This document shows, piece by piece, positions 1-9,104 of a stretch of DNA of 64,000 bases. How positions within the stretch are numbered: the first letter of the stretch is position 1; each line of letters opens with the position of its first letter. The translations under genes were made by a program, and so were the position numbers. Under the pieces are notes generated by a model, which had not been told where the DNA came from, did not search any database, and saw nothing but the letters and a program-made list of their open reading frames with translations. This stretch comes from Elusimicrobia bacterium GWA2_62_23 (GTDB taxonomy: Bacteria > Elusimicrobiota > Elusimicrobia > Elusimicrobiales > UBA9959). The stretch is from positions 16,760 to 80,759 of the forward strand of contig MGTV01000048.1 in the NCBI GenBank assembly GCA_001799635.1, in the 5' to 3' direction.

Positions 1-306
1 AAGTCCTCCGACGCCAATCTCCGCAAGAACAACGGCGCCATAGGCTTCATTTCCAAAGGCATGCTCCTGCCGGAAATAGAGAAAGAGGTCTTCGCGCTGC
101 AGCCCGGCCAGTACACCAAGCCCATGGCCACCGGCAACGGCTTCAGCATCTTCAAGGCCGAAGAGCGCAAATCCGGCCAGCCGGCCGCCTTCGAGGCCCT
201 CAAAGAGGACATAAAGGCCGCCATCCTCAACCAGGCCATAACCCAGAACCTGCCCAAGCTGGCCGCGGAACTGCGCCAGAATGCCAAGATAGAGATCATA
301 AAGTAA
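1..306 (+). CDS. PpiC/parvulin-type peptidyl-prolyl isomerase (SurA/PrsA-like), 3' part; 5' truncated by window edge
   Basis: Frame open from base 1: NNGAIGFISKGMLLPEIEKEVFALQPGQYTKPMATGNGFSIFK is a typical rotamase C-terminal half, ending LRQNAKIEIIK. Confidence 0.8.
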   Translation, partial: KSSDANLRKNNGAIGFISKGMLLPEIEKEVFALQPGQYTKPMATGNGFSIFKAEERKSGQPAAFEALKEDIKAAILNQAITQNLPKLAAELRQNAKIEIIK

Positions 307-325
307 ACCGCGCGGCAGAGACGCG

Positions 326-364
326 AAAAAGAAGGCGGGCCGGATATCCGGCCCGCCTTTCTTT
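326..364. terminator. Bidirectional intrinsic terminator
   Basis: Perfect palindrome AAGGCGGGCCGGATATCCGGCCCGCCTT (332-359) with A-tract before and T-tract after, between convergent genes. Confidence 0.85.
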
Positions 365-380
365 GCGCCGCCTTAACTGG

Positions 381-1115
381 TTAAGCGGCCTCTTCCTCTA
401 TTTCCGGCTTCTTCTTTCGGAAGTGGTCCACCACGAAGTAGATCACCAGCGCCGCGAGGATCACGTGCGTGGCGTAGAAGTACTTGGGAGCGGAATACTT
501 GTAGAGGTCGTCGAAGCGCCCGTAGAGCAGCGAGAAGCGGCCCATGACGGTGTTGCCGAAGGCGGCCCCGAAGTAGAGCATCAGGAAGTAGATGCCGATG
601 TTGGAGGCCTTCTTCACCACGCCCTTGTGTTCCACCGAGAAGAAGAAGTAGAACAGCACGCAGATGAAGCCGATGGCGACTATGGAGCCGTTGATGAGCG
701 ACCCGATGTTGGCCCTGGAGATCTCCGAGACCATGAAGGGGGCGATGGTGCCGCCGATCTGCTTGAGCAGGTCGGTGGAGATGGTGAGCGGTATCACCAG
801 GCCCGAGCCGTAACCCATGATGAAGGTGAAGCCGTAGCGCGAGATCCAGGAGATCCGCGGGAAGAACTGCGTTACCAGCGACAGGCCCAGCACGGTCGGG
901 ATGAGCACGGTCCAGTCCCCGGCCTGCAGCGGCTCCCACACCTTGGGTTTCCAGGTCTGGAAGAGCACGGTCTGGAACACCCAGCCCATGCCCGCGCCCA
1001 GGTAGAGGTGCTCGGTCACTTTAAAGAACGGGTTGTCCTTGTAAAGGAAGCTGAACAGGAAGATGGTGAGGCCCGCCGCCACCCATCCGCCGAAAATAAG
1101 CATCGTTTCAGACAT
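381..1115 (-). CDS. Uncharacterised polytopic membrane protein (about 6-7 TM), last gene of the GlmL-associated membrane module
   Basis: 244 aa, hydrophobic; motifs FSFLYKDNPFFK.TEHLYLG and FLMLYFGAAFGNTVMGR; RBS AGGAG upstream. Confidence 0.8.
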   Translation of the reverse strand: MSETMLIFGGWVAAGLTIFLFSFLYKDNPFFKVTEHLYLGAGMGWVFQTVLFQTWKPKVWEPLQAGDWTVLIPTVLGLSLVTQFFPRISWISRYGFTFIMGYGSGLVIPLTISTDLLKQIGGTIAPFMVSEISRANIGSLINGSIVAIGFICVLFYFFFSVEHKGVVKKASNIGIYFLMLYFGAAFGNTVMGRFSLLYGRFDDLYKYSAPKYFYATHVILAALVIYFVVDHFRKKKPEIEEEAA

Positions 1116-1128
1116 AGTTTCTCCTAAA

Positions 1129-1956
1129 TTACAGGTACTTGAGCCAGAGCATCATGATGTTGGCCGTCACGATGAGGATGATCACCATCAGGTGGGCGAG
1201 GCTCAGGGCGTCTATGCCAGAGGTGCCTTTTTCCTTGTGGTTGATGAGCGTCTCGTAGTCGGCCGCGCCCTTCATGCCGCCCACCAGGCCCTTGAGCTGG
1301 CCGGTCTGCAGGTATGGGGCGTAGCCCATCTGGCTCACCGCGGTGACGCCGCCGGCCATGGGGAACTTGAACTTGTCGCCGGTATAGGCGATCCAGTAGT
1401 CCAGCATGGCCGTGCCGGTGATGCAGATGCCGAGCTGCATGTCCTTGACGTTCTTTATGCCCTTGAACACTTCCATGTCCCTGATGGGCGAGCCGTCGCG
1501 GTCCTTGTCGTAGATCTGGTAGAGGTCCATGCCCATCTGGGTCATGACGGCCACGGGGTTGGGCTGGTAGGGCAGGATCACGTAATCCTTGCCGTACACC
1601 TTCTCCGGGGCGATGTCCTTGGGGATGCGCTCGCCTATCTCCTCGATGAGGCCGGTGGCGCCGGCGTTCAGCGTAAGGATGCCCACGCGCAGGTTCTTGC
1701 GGAAGGCGTGGCGCAGGATGGCCACCGCCTGCGGGTGCAGTTCAGGGCGGGTCGCCGGGTCGTAGTCCAGCGACATCAGGACGAACGAGCGGGGGGGCAG
1801 GCCCTCTATGCGCTCGTAGAGGCTCTTGACCTCGGAGCCCAGGTTCAGGTTAGGCAAGCCCAGCGGCTTGACTATCGGGAACACGAGCAGGATCGCGAGC
1901 GCCAGGAAGATCAGGCGCCGGTCTATCTTGAGGAGTTTCTCTAAAAAGTTCTTCAT
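1129..1956 (-). CDS. Uncharacterised membrane-anchored protein (N- and C-terminal TM flanking an alpha/beta domain)
   Basis: 275 aa; motifs SLDYDPATRPEL and GQLKGLVGGMKGAADYE; 3 nt from the upstream stop. Confidence 0.8.
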   Translation of the reverse strand: MKNFLEKLLKIDRRLIFLALAILLVFPIVKPLGLPNLNLGSEVKSLYERIEGLPPRSFVLMSLDYDPATRPELHPQAVAILRHAFRKNLRVGILTLNAGATGLIEEIGERIPKDIAPEKVYGKDYVILPYQPNPVAVMTQMGMDLYQIYDKDRDGSPIRDMEVFKGIKNVKDMQLGICITGTAMLDYWIAYTGDKFKFPMAGGVTAVSQMGYAPYLQTGQLKGLVGGMKGAADYETLINHKEKGTSGIDALSLAHLMVIILIVTANIMMLWLKYL

Positions 1957-1959
1957 GGT

Positions 1960-2628
1960 CTAGTCCTTCCCCATGTACTGGCGTTCGATGCCGAAGATGA
2001 TCTTGAGCGCGGTGACGATGCCGCCAACCGCGAGTCCCATCATGATGCCGCGGCGGCCGGCCACCACGGGCACGTCCATGAGCCACTGCACTATCTGGGT
2101 GACGCCCAGGTGGGTCCAGCCGAGCAGCTTGTCCCACATCAGTTGCCCGAGCGGCACCTTGCCGATGATCAGCACCAGGGCCGCCGCGAACAGCACGCCG
2201 GCCTGCGCCGACTTGATGCGGAAGGCGCGGTAGGCGGTGGAGACGATGTAGAAGGCCAGCACCGAGAACATGGTGCCGGACAGGGCGTTGAACATGAAGC
2301 GGTAGCCCCAACCCAGCCCGGTGAGGGAGGTGCCGTCCATCTGCTTGCCGTGGCTCATCAGCGCGGGAACCACCATGACGAGGAAGCCCACGAAGACGAA
2401 CAGGCTGTAGCCCCAGCCGTCCACCTTGCGGCGGATCTTGTTGTAGTGCGAGAAGAACAGGCTGAACAGGCCCAGCAGGAAGGCGAAGCCGGCCACTATG
2501 TTCTCCCACTTGTTCATGACCTCCAGGTAGTTCTCGGAGGTCTTGTTGGGGACGTAGTAGGAGGCCAGGGTCATCAGGCCTACAAGGAAGCAGATAGCGA
2601 GCGGTATGTATTTTTTTATCAGCGTCAT
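1960..2628 (-). CDS. Uncharacterised polytopic membrane protein (about 6 TM)
   Basis: 222 aa; motifs TMFSVLAFYIVSTAYRAFRIKS and AGRRGIMMG...LKIIFGIER; 1 nt from the upstream stop. Confidence 0.8.
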   Translation of the reverse strand: MTLIKKYIPLAICFLVGLMTLASYYVPNKTSENYLEVMNKWENIVAGFAFLLGLFSLFFSHYNKIRRKVDGWGYSLFVFVGFLVMVVPALMSHGKQMDGTSLTGLGWGYRFMFNALSGTMFSVLAFYIVSTAYRAFRIKSAQAGVLFAAALVLIIGKVPLGQLMWDKLLGWTHLGVTQIVQWLMDVPVVAGRRGIMMGLAVGGIVTALKIIFGIERQYMGKD

Positions 2629-2629
2629 A

Positions 2630-3883
2630 TCAATATGCCTTGAAGATGTGGCCCACTACCTTGAGCAGCGGCTGCCAGTTGAACCACGTGCCCGCGAGCA
2701 GCAGCAGGGACCCGGCGCCTACCGCGAACATCACGAAGGCTTTGCCGAAGTCCTGCACTTTCAGCGTGGAGAGCAGCATGGGCTCCTTGGACAGGTACGC
2801 GCCGGCGGCGTAGAGCTCCTCGCCGATGAGCGTGTAGTCGCAGGAGGTGAAGAAGAACGGCAGCTGCGATTCCTGCTCGGTGCCGGCGATCTGGATGGCA
2901 CCGGTGGTGGCGCCGACCTCGGCGAGCAGCAGGGACTCGGCCATGAAGTGGCCGATGAAGAAGCAGGCGGCCGGCTTCTCGCGGTGGATCATGCCGTCCA
3001 CGGAGGCGGCGTAGGAGAACTGGTCCTGGCTGACGAAGAAGTTGATGTCGTCGCGGTAGGAGTCGGGGCGCTCGGCCTCGGTGTAGGCCTGCTTCACGAT
3101 CTCCTTGGACACCGTCATCACGATGGGGTCGAAGTGCGGCACCTTGAGCTGGGTGTCGTACGAGGCCACCTTGCGGGCCACTTCGCTCAGGATGGAGGTG
3201 GAGGCTATGGTGGGGATGGCGCTCATGCCGCCGATGCCGGTAGAGTAGAAGATCGGGCGGCCCATTTCGGTGGCGCGGCCGATGGCTTCGTCTATGGCGT
3301 CGAGGCCAGCGATGCGGCGGATGAACAGGCCCTTGCGCTTGGCGTGGGAGACCGTCCAGAAGAAGACTATGATGGTCACCACCAGCAGCACCAGGTTGTT
3401 GAGGCGGGCCAGGTTGAACATGTTGGCCGCGGCAACGGCCTTAACCTCGGCGCTTTCGGCTGAAGTCTTGCCGTTCACGTACTTGAGCTTGAAGCCGTAT
3501 TCCTGCCCGGTCTTGAAGTCCTTGAAGAAGGAGGGCAGCTCTACCTGCATGGCGTGCAGGGTCGAGTCGTGTTTCCAGGCCCAGAAGGGCAGGTCGAAAT
3601 CGGCGGCGAACCTGGAGTCGGCCGGGAATTCGTCCGCCTTGACCCAGACGCCGTCGGCGCCGGCGGCGTAGACCTGGTAGAGGGCGCCGGGAACGTCGGC
3701 CGCGCCTGCGGGCCAGGTAAGCAGAACCGCCTCGCCCTTGTCATAGGGCATGTCCTTGGCCTCGAAACCGGCGAAGTCCGGTTTGGGCAGGTCATTTTTC
3801 TGGGAGGCGGGAGCGGCGGCCGAGACTGAAGAGACCGCCAGGAAAACAGCGATTACGGCAAGATTAAGTCGGGTTTTTAACAT
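2630..3883 (-). CDS. Signal peptide + FN3-like extracytoplasmic domain + TM + DUF6754-like domain
   Basis: ATG at 3883 (MLKTRLNL) preferred over TTG 3922, which coincides with a -35 box; FN3-like LTW...YQVY...YGFKL; IRRIAGLDAIDEAIGRATEMGRP and CDYTLIGEELYAAGAYL recalled as DUF6754 motifs. Confidence 0.7.
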   Translation of the reverse strand: MLKTRLNLAVIAVFLAVSSVSAAAPASQKNDLPKPDFAGFEAKDMPYDKGEAVLLTWPAGAADVPGALYQVYAAGADGVWVKADEFPADSRFAADFDLPFWAWKHDSTLHAMQVELPSFFKDFKTGQEYGFKLKYVNGKTSAESAEVKAVAAANMFNLARLNNLVLLVVTIIVFFWTVSHAKRKGLFIRRIAGLDAIDEAIGRATEMGRPIFYSTGIGGMSAIPTIASTSILSEVARKVASYDTQLKVPHFDPIVMTVSKEIVKQAYTEAERPDSYRDDINFFVSQDQFSYAASVDGMIHREKPAACFFIGHFMAESLLLAEVGATTGAIQIAGTEQESQLPFFFTSCDYTLIGEELYAAGAYLSKEPMLLSTLKVQDFGKAFVMFAVGAGSLLLLAGTWFNWQPLLKVVGHIFKAY

Positions 3884-3893
3884 AACTTGTAAT

Positions 3894-3922
3894 AATATAC
3901 ATTTATTGGCATTTTCAGGCAA
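3894..3922 (-). promoter_or_regulatory. Sigma70-type promoter for the four-gene membrane module
   Basis: Minus strand TTGCCT-17 nt-TATATT, 10 nt upstream of ATG 3883; AT-rich island in GC-rich DNA. Confidence 0.6.
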
Positions 3923-4001
3923 GGAGAAATAAACCCGACGGAAATGCCGGGGAAGAGAAGGGAGGCGTGAGGGAGGACGGCAGCGGCCGTTTTGGCGCCG
4001 G

Positions 4002-5717
4002 TCAGCCGGGCCTGGCCAGCAGCTGTTTTATGGCCGCCGCGTGTTTGCCCATACCGGCGCGCTCCAGGTTCTCGAAGACGGCCTTCTGGGCGGCGCCGCC
4101 GAGGTGCCTGGGCCAGAGGAGGTAAAGGGTATTGCCGGCGGCGCCGGGTTCCTCGTATCTGAGGATCTTCAGCGGCCTGTAGGGTTTCAACAGGGCGTCC
4201 AGCCGCGCGCCCGTAAAGCCCCATTGCGCGTACAGGTCCCTGTCGGCCAGCACGTCGCCGGTCATGTAGACGGGAACGGCGTGGTCGTAGTAGCTGGCAA
4301 GGATACGGCCGAGCTCCTCTACCGGGTCTTTTTTGTCAGCGTAGAAGTTCAGGATCGCCAGCTGTATGGAAATCCTTTCCCGGTTGGCGAAGTAAGGTAT
4401 ATAGACTTTAAGCGGGCCGCCCGAGATCAGGACAGGGCTGTCTGGGTGGGTAAAGTAGGCCACGGCGCCGCAGAACCCGATGGCCGGGCGGGCGTCCCTG
4501 CCCAGGTACGAGGGCAGGACGAGCCTGGCGAAATTATTGGCGGCGGTGAGCCCGACCAGCAGGAAAGCCGCCGCGACCGGGACGGGGCCAGCTATCGCGG
4601 AGGTCCGCCCCCGGAGCAGCACCGCCAGGAGGCCGGAAAAAAGCACGACGTTGGTGGACCAGTAAATGGTGTTCCCCGGCTGCCACACGGAGTAGAGCAC
4701 CAGGAAGAGGGCGAGCGGGAACCCGAAGGCCGCCGCGAGCGGCAGGCTTTCAGGCGCCAGGAAAGGCTTGCTCTTCCGGCGGGAGTATGCCAGGAAGGCG
4801 GCCAGCGCAGCCAGCAGGACCACGGCGGCGGCCGCCGCGGCCCGGTCGGGAGCAGTAAAGTGGAAAAAAGAGACCAGGAGGTTCCTGAGGGGCAGGACCA
4901 CGTGCCCCGCCACGTTCAGTTCGAACTGGCCCAGCGGGTTGCCTTCCGGCGAAATGCCGTTCACCAGCCCGGACCCCCACTGCCACCAGCGCGCCAGACC
5001 GCCTTTCACGAAGAAGCCGTGGATCAGCGCGTAGGGCAGGAAGAAGGCCAGGAAAAAGCCGGCCAGGATGGCGGCCTGCCGGGCGAGCTCCCGACGGTGA
5101 TACAATGCGGCGGCGGCGGCCGCGGCCCAGAGGATATTGTTGGCGATGTGGAACCCGGAGGCCAGCCCCGCGAAAGCGCAGAGCGCGCAAAAGGCGGCGA
5201 GGGAGAACCCGAGTAAATACCGGTAGAGCGCGGCGCAGAACAGGAGGGTGAACAGCGTGCCGCCCAGGTAAGGCTCAGCGCCTGTGGCACGGCTCCAGTA
5301 CACAGCGCTCACCCCGGCCAGCAGCGTCCAGAACAGCGCCTGCCGGCGGGATAGGGCCCGGGCGAGCAGGGAGAAGAATACGGCCAGCCCCAGCGCCCCG
5401 GCGCCGGCGTTGAACCACTGTATGGCCTCGTAGCTGAGGCCGCCGAAGCCAAGGAGGCGCAGCAGCACGTAAAAGGACCGCGTCACCGGGTACCAGAGGA
5501 AATGGTTCCACTCAAAGACAACGGCGGGCGGGTTCAGGCCGAGCGGCGACCGGATGATGCCGGAATACAGGACCGAGTCGTAAAAATACGAATGGTCGAA
5601 AGTGGCGGCGTAGAGAAGGAGGAAGCCGAGAAAGACGAAGAGCGGGTCAGAAAAAGCCTGGGGAACGGAACCTGAAAATATTTTCCTTACGCTATTTTCT
5701 GAAGGGCCGGCGGCCAT
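4002..5717 (-). CDS. GT-C-fold (ArnT/PMT-like) membrane glycosyltransferase
   Basis: 571 aa, 11 or more TM segments; first-loop acidic motif YFYDSVLY; soluble C-terminal domain. Confidence 0.6.
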   Translation of the reverse strand: MAAGPSENSVRKIFSGSVPQAFSDPLFVFLGFLLLYAATFDHSYFYDSVLYSGIIRSPLGLNPPAVVFEWNHFLWYPVTRSFYVLLRLLGFGGLSYEAIQWFNAGAGALGLAVFFSLLARALSRRQALFWTLLAGVSAVYWSRATGAEPYLGGTLFTLLFCAALYRYLLGFSLAAFCALCAFAGLASGFHIANNILWAAAAAAALYHRRELARQAAILAGFFLAFFLPYALIHGFFVKGGLARWWQWGSGLVNGISPEGNPLGQFELNVAGHVVLPLRNLLVSFFHFTAPDRAAAAAAVVLLAALAAFLAYSRRKSKPFLAPESLPLAAAFGFPLALFLVLYSVWQPGNTIYWSTNVVLFSGLLAVLLRGRTSAIAGPVPVAAAFLLVGLTAANNFARLVLPSYLGRDARPAIGFCGAVAYFTHPDSPVLISGGPLKVYIPYFANRERISIQLAILNFYADKKDPVEELGRILASYYDHAVPVYMTGDVLADRDLYAQWGFTGARLDALLKPYRPLKILRYEEPGAAGNTLYLLWPRHLGGAAQKAVFENLERAGMGKHAAAIKQLLARPG

Positions 5718-5726
5718 GTGCTTGTC

Positions 5727-7889
5727 CTATTTCCTGGCGATGTTCTTCATTATGATGTCACGCATTACGTTAAAAGGGGGAGGGATCCCGGCCGGGCGCC
5801 TGTCCGCCAGGGCGTAAACGGCCACGCGGTTGGAGGGGCGGCCGTTCTCCACCTCCTCGTAGGCGTGCACTTCCACCACGTGCCTGTCCCAGAACTCGTC
5901 GTAAACGCCGCTGGTCCTGGCGTCCCAGTAGAACATGTTGTAGGCCCGGCCCAGCCTGATGCCCTCGGCGGCGTTGAGCAGCAGGTGGGTTACGCCCTCG
6001 GCCTTGAGGCGGGAATAAAGTTCCTCGCCGCTAGCGGAGGCGGCCGCGTATTCCACTATGGGGGTCTTGTCGAAAACCGAGCTTACCACGAAGTCTTTTT
6101 TGAAATATGCGCCGCGGGCGTCGCCGATGATGAGCGTCTTGGCCCCGGCCGGCAGGTCGTTATTGATGAACTGGATGGCCTTGTAATGGCTGTAGGGATA
6201 GGTGGGCTGGGTGACGGACAGATAAGTTTCCTTATCTATGAGCCCGAACACCGGCCGCCAGCGGCCCTGGGAATAGAGCATGAGCGCGGCCCAGTACAGG
6301 CAGAGCGCGCAGGAGAATAGGACCAGCACGGAAAGCGTTTTACGCAGGGCCTGGTGCTGCCGGGAGTCCAGCGCAGCGGCTATCAGCAGGGCCGCCGCCG
6401 GGTAGGCGGGCATGAGGAAGCGGACCATCGTCGAGGCGAAGGACCACAGCAGCCAGCCGCAGAGGAAATAGAGCCAGAGGGGGACCGTGCCGGCCGGTTG
6501 CAGCAGGAACAGCAGCGGCAGCAGGGCAAGGAACAGGGGGGTGAAGTAATTGGAGTTGAGCAGCGCGCCCATGGTGATGTTCCAGGGATGCAGCAGCCAC
6601 GCCTTCAGCTCCAGGGCCCCCATCTGGCGGGTCTCTACCATGAAGGCGTGCAGTTTGTCCGGGTCCGCCCCGGACAGCCCGAAGACGGAAGTCAGGAACG
6701 GGAAGAAAGGGTTGCCGCGGTACAGCCAGTTCTTCGCCAGCCAGGGCAGCACCGGCAGGGCGGCCACGCCGGCGAAGACCAGGGCCGCCTTCAGGGCGGC
6801 GCCGCGGTCGGAGCGCGAGCGCCAGAGGAGCACCAGGCCGGTACCGACGGCGGGGAACAGGCCGGTGGTCTTCACGGCCATGCCGCAGCCGGAGAAGAAG
6901 GCCGCGAGCAGCAGGAACCGGTAGCTGCCGGGCTCATGGCGCAGGGCCGCGGCCAGCGCGGAAATGGAGAACAGCGTAAGCAGCCACTCGGTGCCGGCCG
7001 ACCAGGAGGCCATCAGGGCGTGGGTGACCGTGTAGAAGATGAGCCCGGCCCAGAGCCCGGCGCGCAGGGAGAAATGCCTGCGGCCCACGCCGATCACGGC
7101 CACGAGGCTCAGCACGCCGGCCGCGTAGTTGATCAGTTTGGGGACCATCTCGTCCTTGAGCAGCAGGCCGGCGGAGTAGAGCATGCCGTGCAGCAGGAAG
7201 AGGTTGGAGTAGAGGTTGTACGGCATGTCGGCCAGACGGCCTTTGATGGCGTAGAAATTTGGCACGGCCAGGTGATAGACCAGGGAATCGTAGAAGATCT
7301 CGGGGCTGAGGCTGCCTGCCAGGTTGAGCAGCAGGGCCGCGGCCAGCAGGGCCAGGGCCAGCAGGTCCGTGAGCCCCGGCTTGAAGGCGGGCTCCGCTTC
7401 CGCTTCGGGTTCCGGGAAATACCGTCGGGAGAAGACGCCTACGGCGAAAGCGGCGGCGACCAGCAGCCGCACCGGGCCTTTGGAGAGCAGGCCCGCCGCG
7501 GCCAGGCCCAGCACCAGGTGGCCGATCACGCCCAGGCCGAGGGCGGCGGACAGCGCCGCGTCCTCGCAGGGCGACAGGCGGCCCGGCTTAAAGACGGACC
7601 GCAGCAGGAAAGAGCCGAAGGCGGCGCAGGCTATAACGAAGAACAGGGCGCTGAGCAAAACCGCCAGGTGGCCCGGAACGGCCTTGAAAAAGCCGGCGGT
7701 GAAATACTGGCCTGGGGAGAGCAGGACGAAAAGGGAATTCAGGTCGGGGGGAAAGCGGTCGAGATAGGTCTTGAAGACCCAGCCGCCCCAAAGCAGGAAG
7801 GCGCCCCAGGCCAGCCAGCCGGGGAAGCGCGGCGTTTCCGGCGGGACAGCCGGCGGGTGCGGTACGTGTTTTTTATGTTTTTTCGCCAT
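5727..7889 (-). CDS. GT-C-fold (family 39-like) membrane glycosyltransferase
   Basis: 720 aa; PEIFYDSLVYHLAVP, KNWLYRGNPFFPF and RFLMPAYP motifs typical of this family; soluble C-terminal domain. Confidence 0.7.
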   Translation of the reverse strand: MAKKHKKHVPHPPAVPPETPRFPGWLAWGAFLLWGGWVFKTYLDRFPPDLNSLFVLLSPGQYFTAGFFKAVPGHLAVLLSALFFVIACAAFGSFLLRSVFKPGRLSPCEDAALSAALGLGVIGHLVLGLAAAGLLSKGPVRLLVAAAFAVGVFSRRYFPEPEAEAEPAFKPGLTDLLALALLAAALLLNLAGSLSPEIFYDSLVYHLAVPNFYAIKGRLADMPYNLYSNLFLLHGMLYSAGLLLKDEMVPKLINYAAGVLSLVAVIGVGRRHFSLRAGLWAGLIFYTVTHALMASWSAGTEWLLTLFSISALAAALRHEPGSYRFLLLAAFFSGCGMAVKTTGLFPAVGTGLVLLWRSRSDRGAALKAALVFAGVAALPVLPWLAKNWLYRGNPFFPFLTSVFGLSGADPDKLHAFMVETRQMGALELKAWLLHPWNITMGALLNSNYFTPLFLALLPLLFLLQPAGTVPLWLYFLCGWLLWSFASTMVRFLMPAYPAAALLIAAALDSRQHQALRKTLSVLVLFSCALCLYWAALMLYSQGRWRPVFGLIDKETYLSVTQPTYPYSHYKAIQFINNDLPAGAKTLIIGDARGAYFKKDFVVSSVFDKTPIVEYAAASASGEELYSRLKAEGVTHLLLNAAEGIRLGRAYNMFYWDARTSGVYDEFWDRHVVEVHAYEEVENGRPSNRVAVYALADRRPAGIPPPFNVMRDIIMKNIARK

Positions 7890-7890
7890 T

Positions 7891-7939
7891 AAACAAAAGC
7901 GGCCGGTGGGCGGAATGCCGCACGCCGGCCGCTTTCTTT
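7891..7939 (-). terminator. Intrinsic terminator after the 374-aa gene
   Basis: Minus strand AAAGCGGCCGGCGTGCGG-CATT-CCGCCCACCGGCCGCTTTTGTTT: GC stem plus U tract. Confidence 0.65.
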
Positions 7940-7946
7940 CCCGGGA

Positions 7947-9071
7947 CTATTTTTCCAGCACTTCGATGTTGGCCCGGGGAACCACTATGACCTCGCCGCC
8001 GGCCAGTGTCACTTCCAGCACGCGCGCGTGGGACTCGCTGCCTATCACAGTGAGTTCCGGCGGCAGGCTCTTCACCGTGCCGATCACTCCGAAGTGGGGC
8101 TCGCGGATGATACGGATGGGGTCGCCGGGCTCTATCCAGCCGCGGCCCTGGTCCTTCTTGCACTCGGTCACGTTCTTGGGGAAGCCGGGGACTATGATCT
8201 CGGGGCGCATCACGCCGGCGCGGATCTGGGTGGCGCCGGAAACGGAGGCCCGCTCGCCGTTGCGCGAAGCCATGAGCTTGAAGGTGTACTCGGCCATGGG
8301 GATCATGCCGAAGCCCTCGGTGACTATGAGAGAAAGACCGATCTGCTCGGTGCCGGTCACGGCCACGCCGATGTCGTAGCCGAGCAGCTGGCGCAGGTCG
8401 CGGTCGTGGATGCCGCCCACCACGATGGCCTTCACGCCCATCTCCACGGCGCGCTTGATGGTGGAGAGGCCGGCGTGCTTGCCGCCTATCACGATCTTGC
8501 CGCGGCAGGCCTCGGTAATGGCCTCAGGCATCAGTTCCTCGTCGGGGCTCTGCGCCGCCATATGGATCTCGCCGTTGGTCTCGCCGCCTATGCCGAAGAT
8601 GCCCTGGATGAAGGTGCCTTCGGACTCTATGGTCACGCCGAAATTGGGGACCACTTCCACCACCTTGCCTTTCACGTAGGCCTGCAGCGGCAGCACCTTC
8701 GGGGGCTCGCGCAGCATGATCTGCCCGGTCACGTGGGAGATAGAGTCCACGGTGCCGTCTATGGGGGATTCTATGGAGGTCTTGAACCACTTAATGAAGG
8801 GCTTGTTCTCGGCGATGATCTCGCCTTTCTTCACAGGGTCGCCCTCTTTCTTGAGCAGCAGGTCCTTGATCTCGCCGGCTTCCACCGACATGCGGTTCGC
8901 CACGTTGATGGGGAACACCTTGCCGGGCAGCTCGGTCTGGGCCACCACGTCGGTGGCGTCCACCTGCTTGCCGTCCTCCACCAGCACCTTGCCGGGGATG
9001 GGCAGCAGGCGCTTCTTGCGGAACATCGTGCAGGGCATTACCTTGAGACCGGGCGTATAAGCGTGAGCCAT
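7947..9071 (-). CDS. Uncharacterised soluble protein (MAHAYTPGL) with barrel-sandwich-hybrid segments, a central alpha/beta domain and a C-terminal KOW/SH3-like domain
   Basis: 374 aa; KKEGDPVKKGEIIA...IESPIDGTVDSI resembles RnfC/NqrA N-terminal hybrid motifs; C-terminal IEPGDPIRIIREPHFGVIGTV is KOW-like; RBS AGGAG. Confidence 0.75.
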   Translation of the reverse strand: MAHAYTPGLKVMPCTMFRKKRLLPIPGKVLVEDGKQVDATDVVAQTELPGKVFPINVANRMSVEAGEIKDLLLKKEGDPVKKGEIIAENKPFIKWFKTSIESPIDGTVDSISHVTGQIMLREPPKVLPLQAYVKGKVVEVVPNFGVTIESEGTFIQGIFGIGGETNGEIHMAAQSPDEELMPEAITEACRGKIVIGGKHAGLSTIKRAVEMGVKAIVVGGIHDRDLRQLLGYDIGVAVTGTEQIGLSLIVTEGFGMIPMAEYTFKLMASRNGERASVSGATQIRAGVMRPEIIVPGFPKNVTECKKDQGRGWIEPGDPIRIIREPHFGVIGTVKSLPPELTVIGSESHARVLEVTLAGGEVIVVPRANIEVLEK

Positions 9072-9104
9072 AAATTATCTCCTAATTGAAATTATCTTCC
9101 GGGC

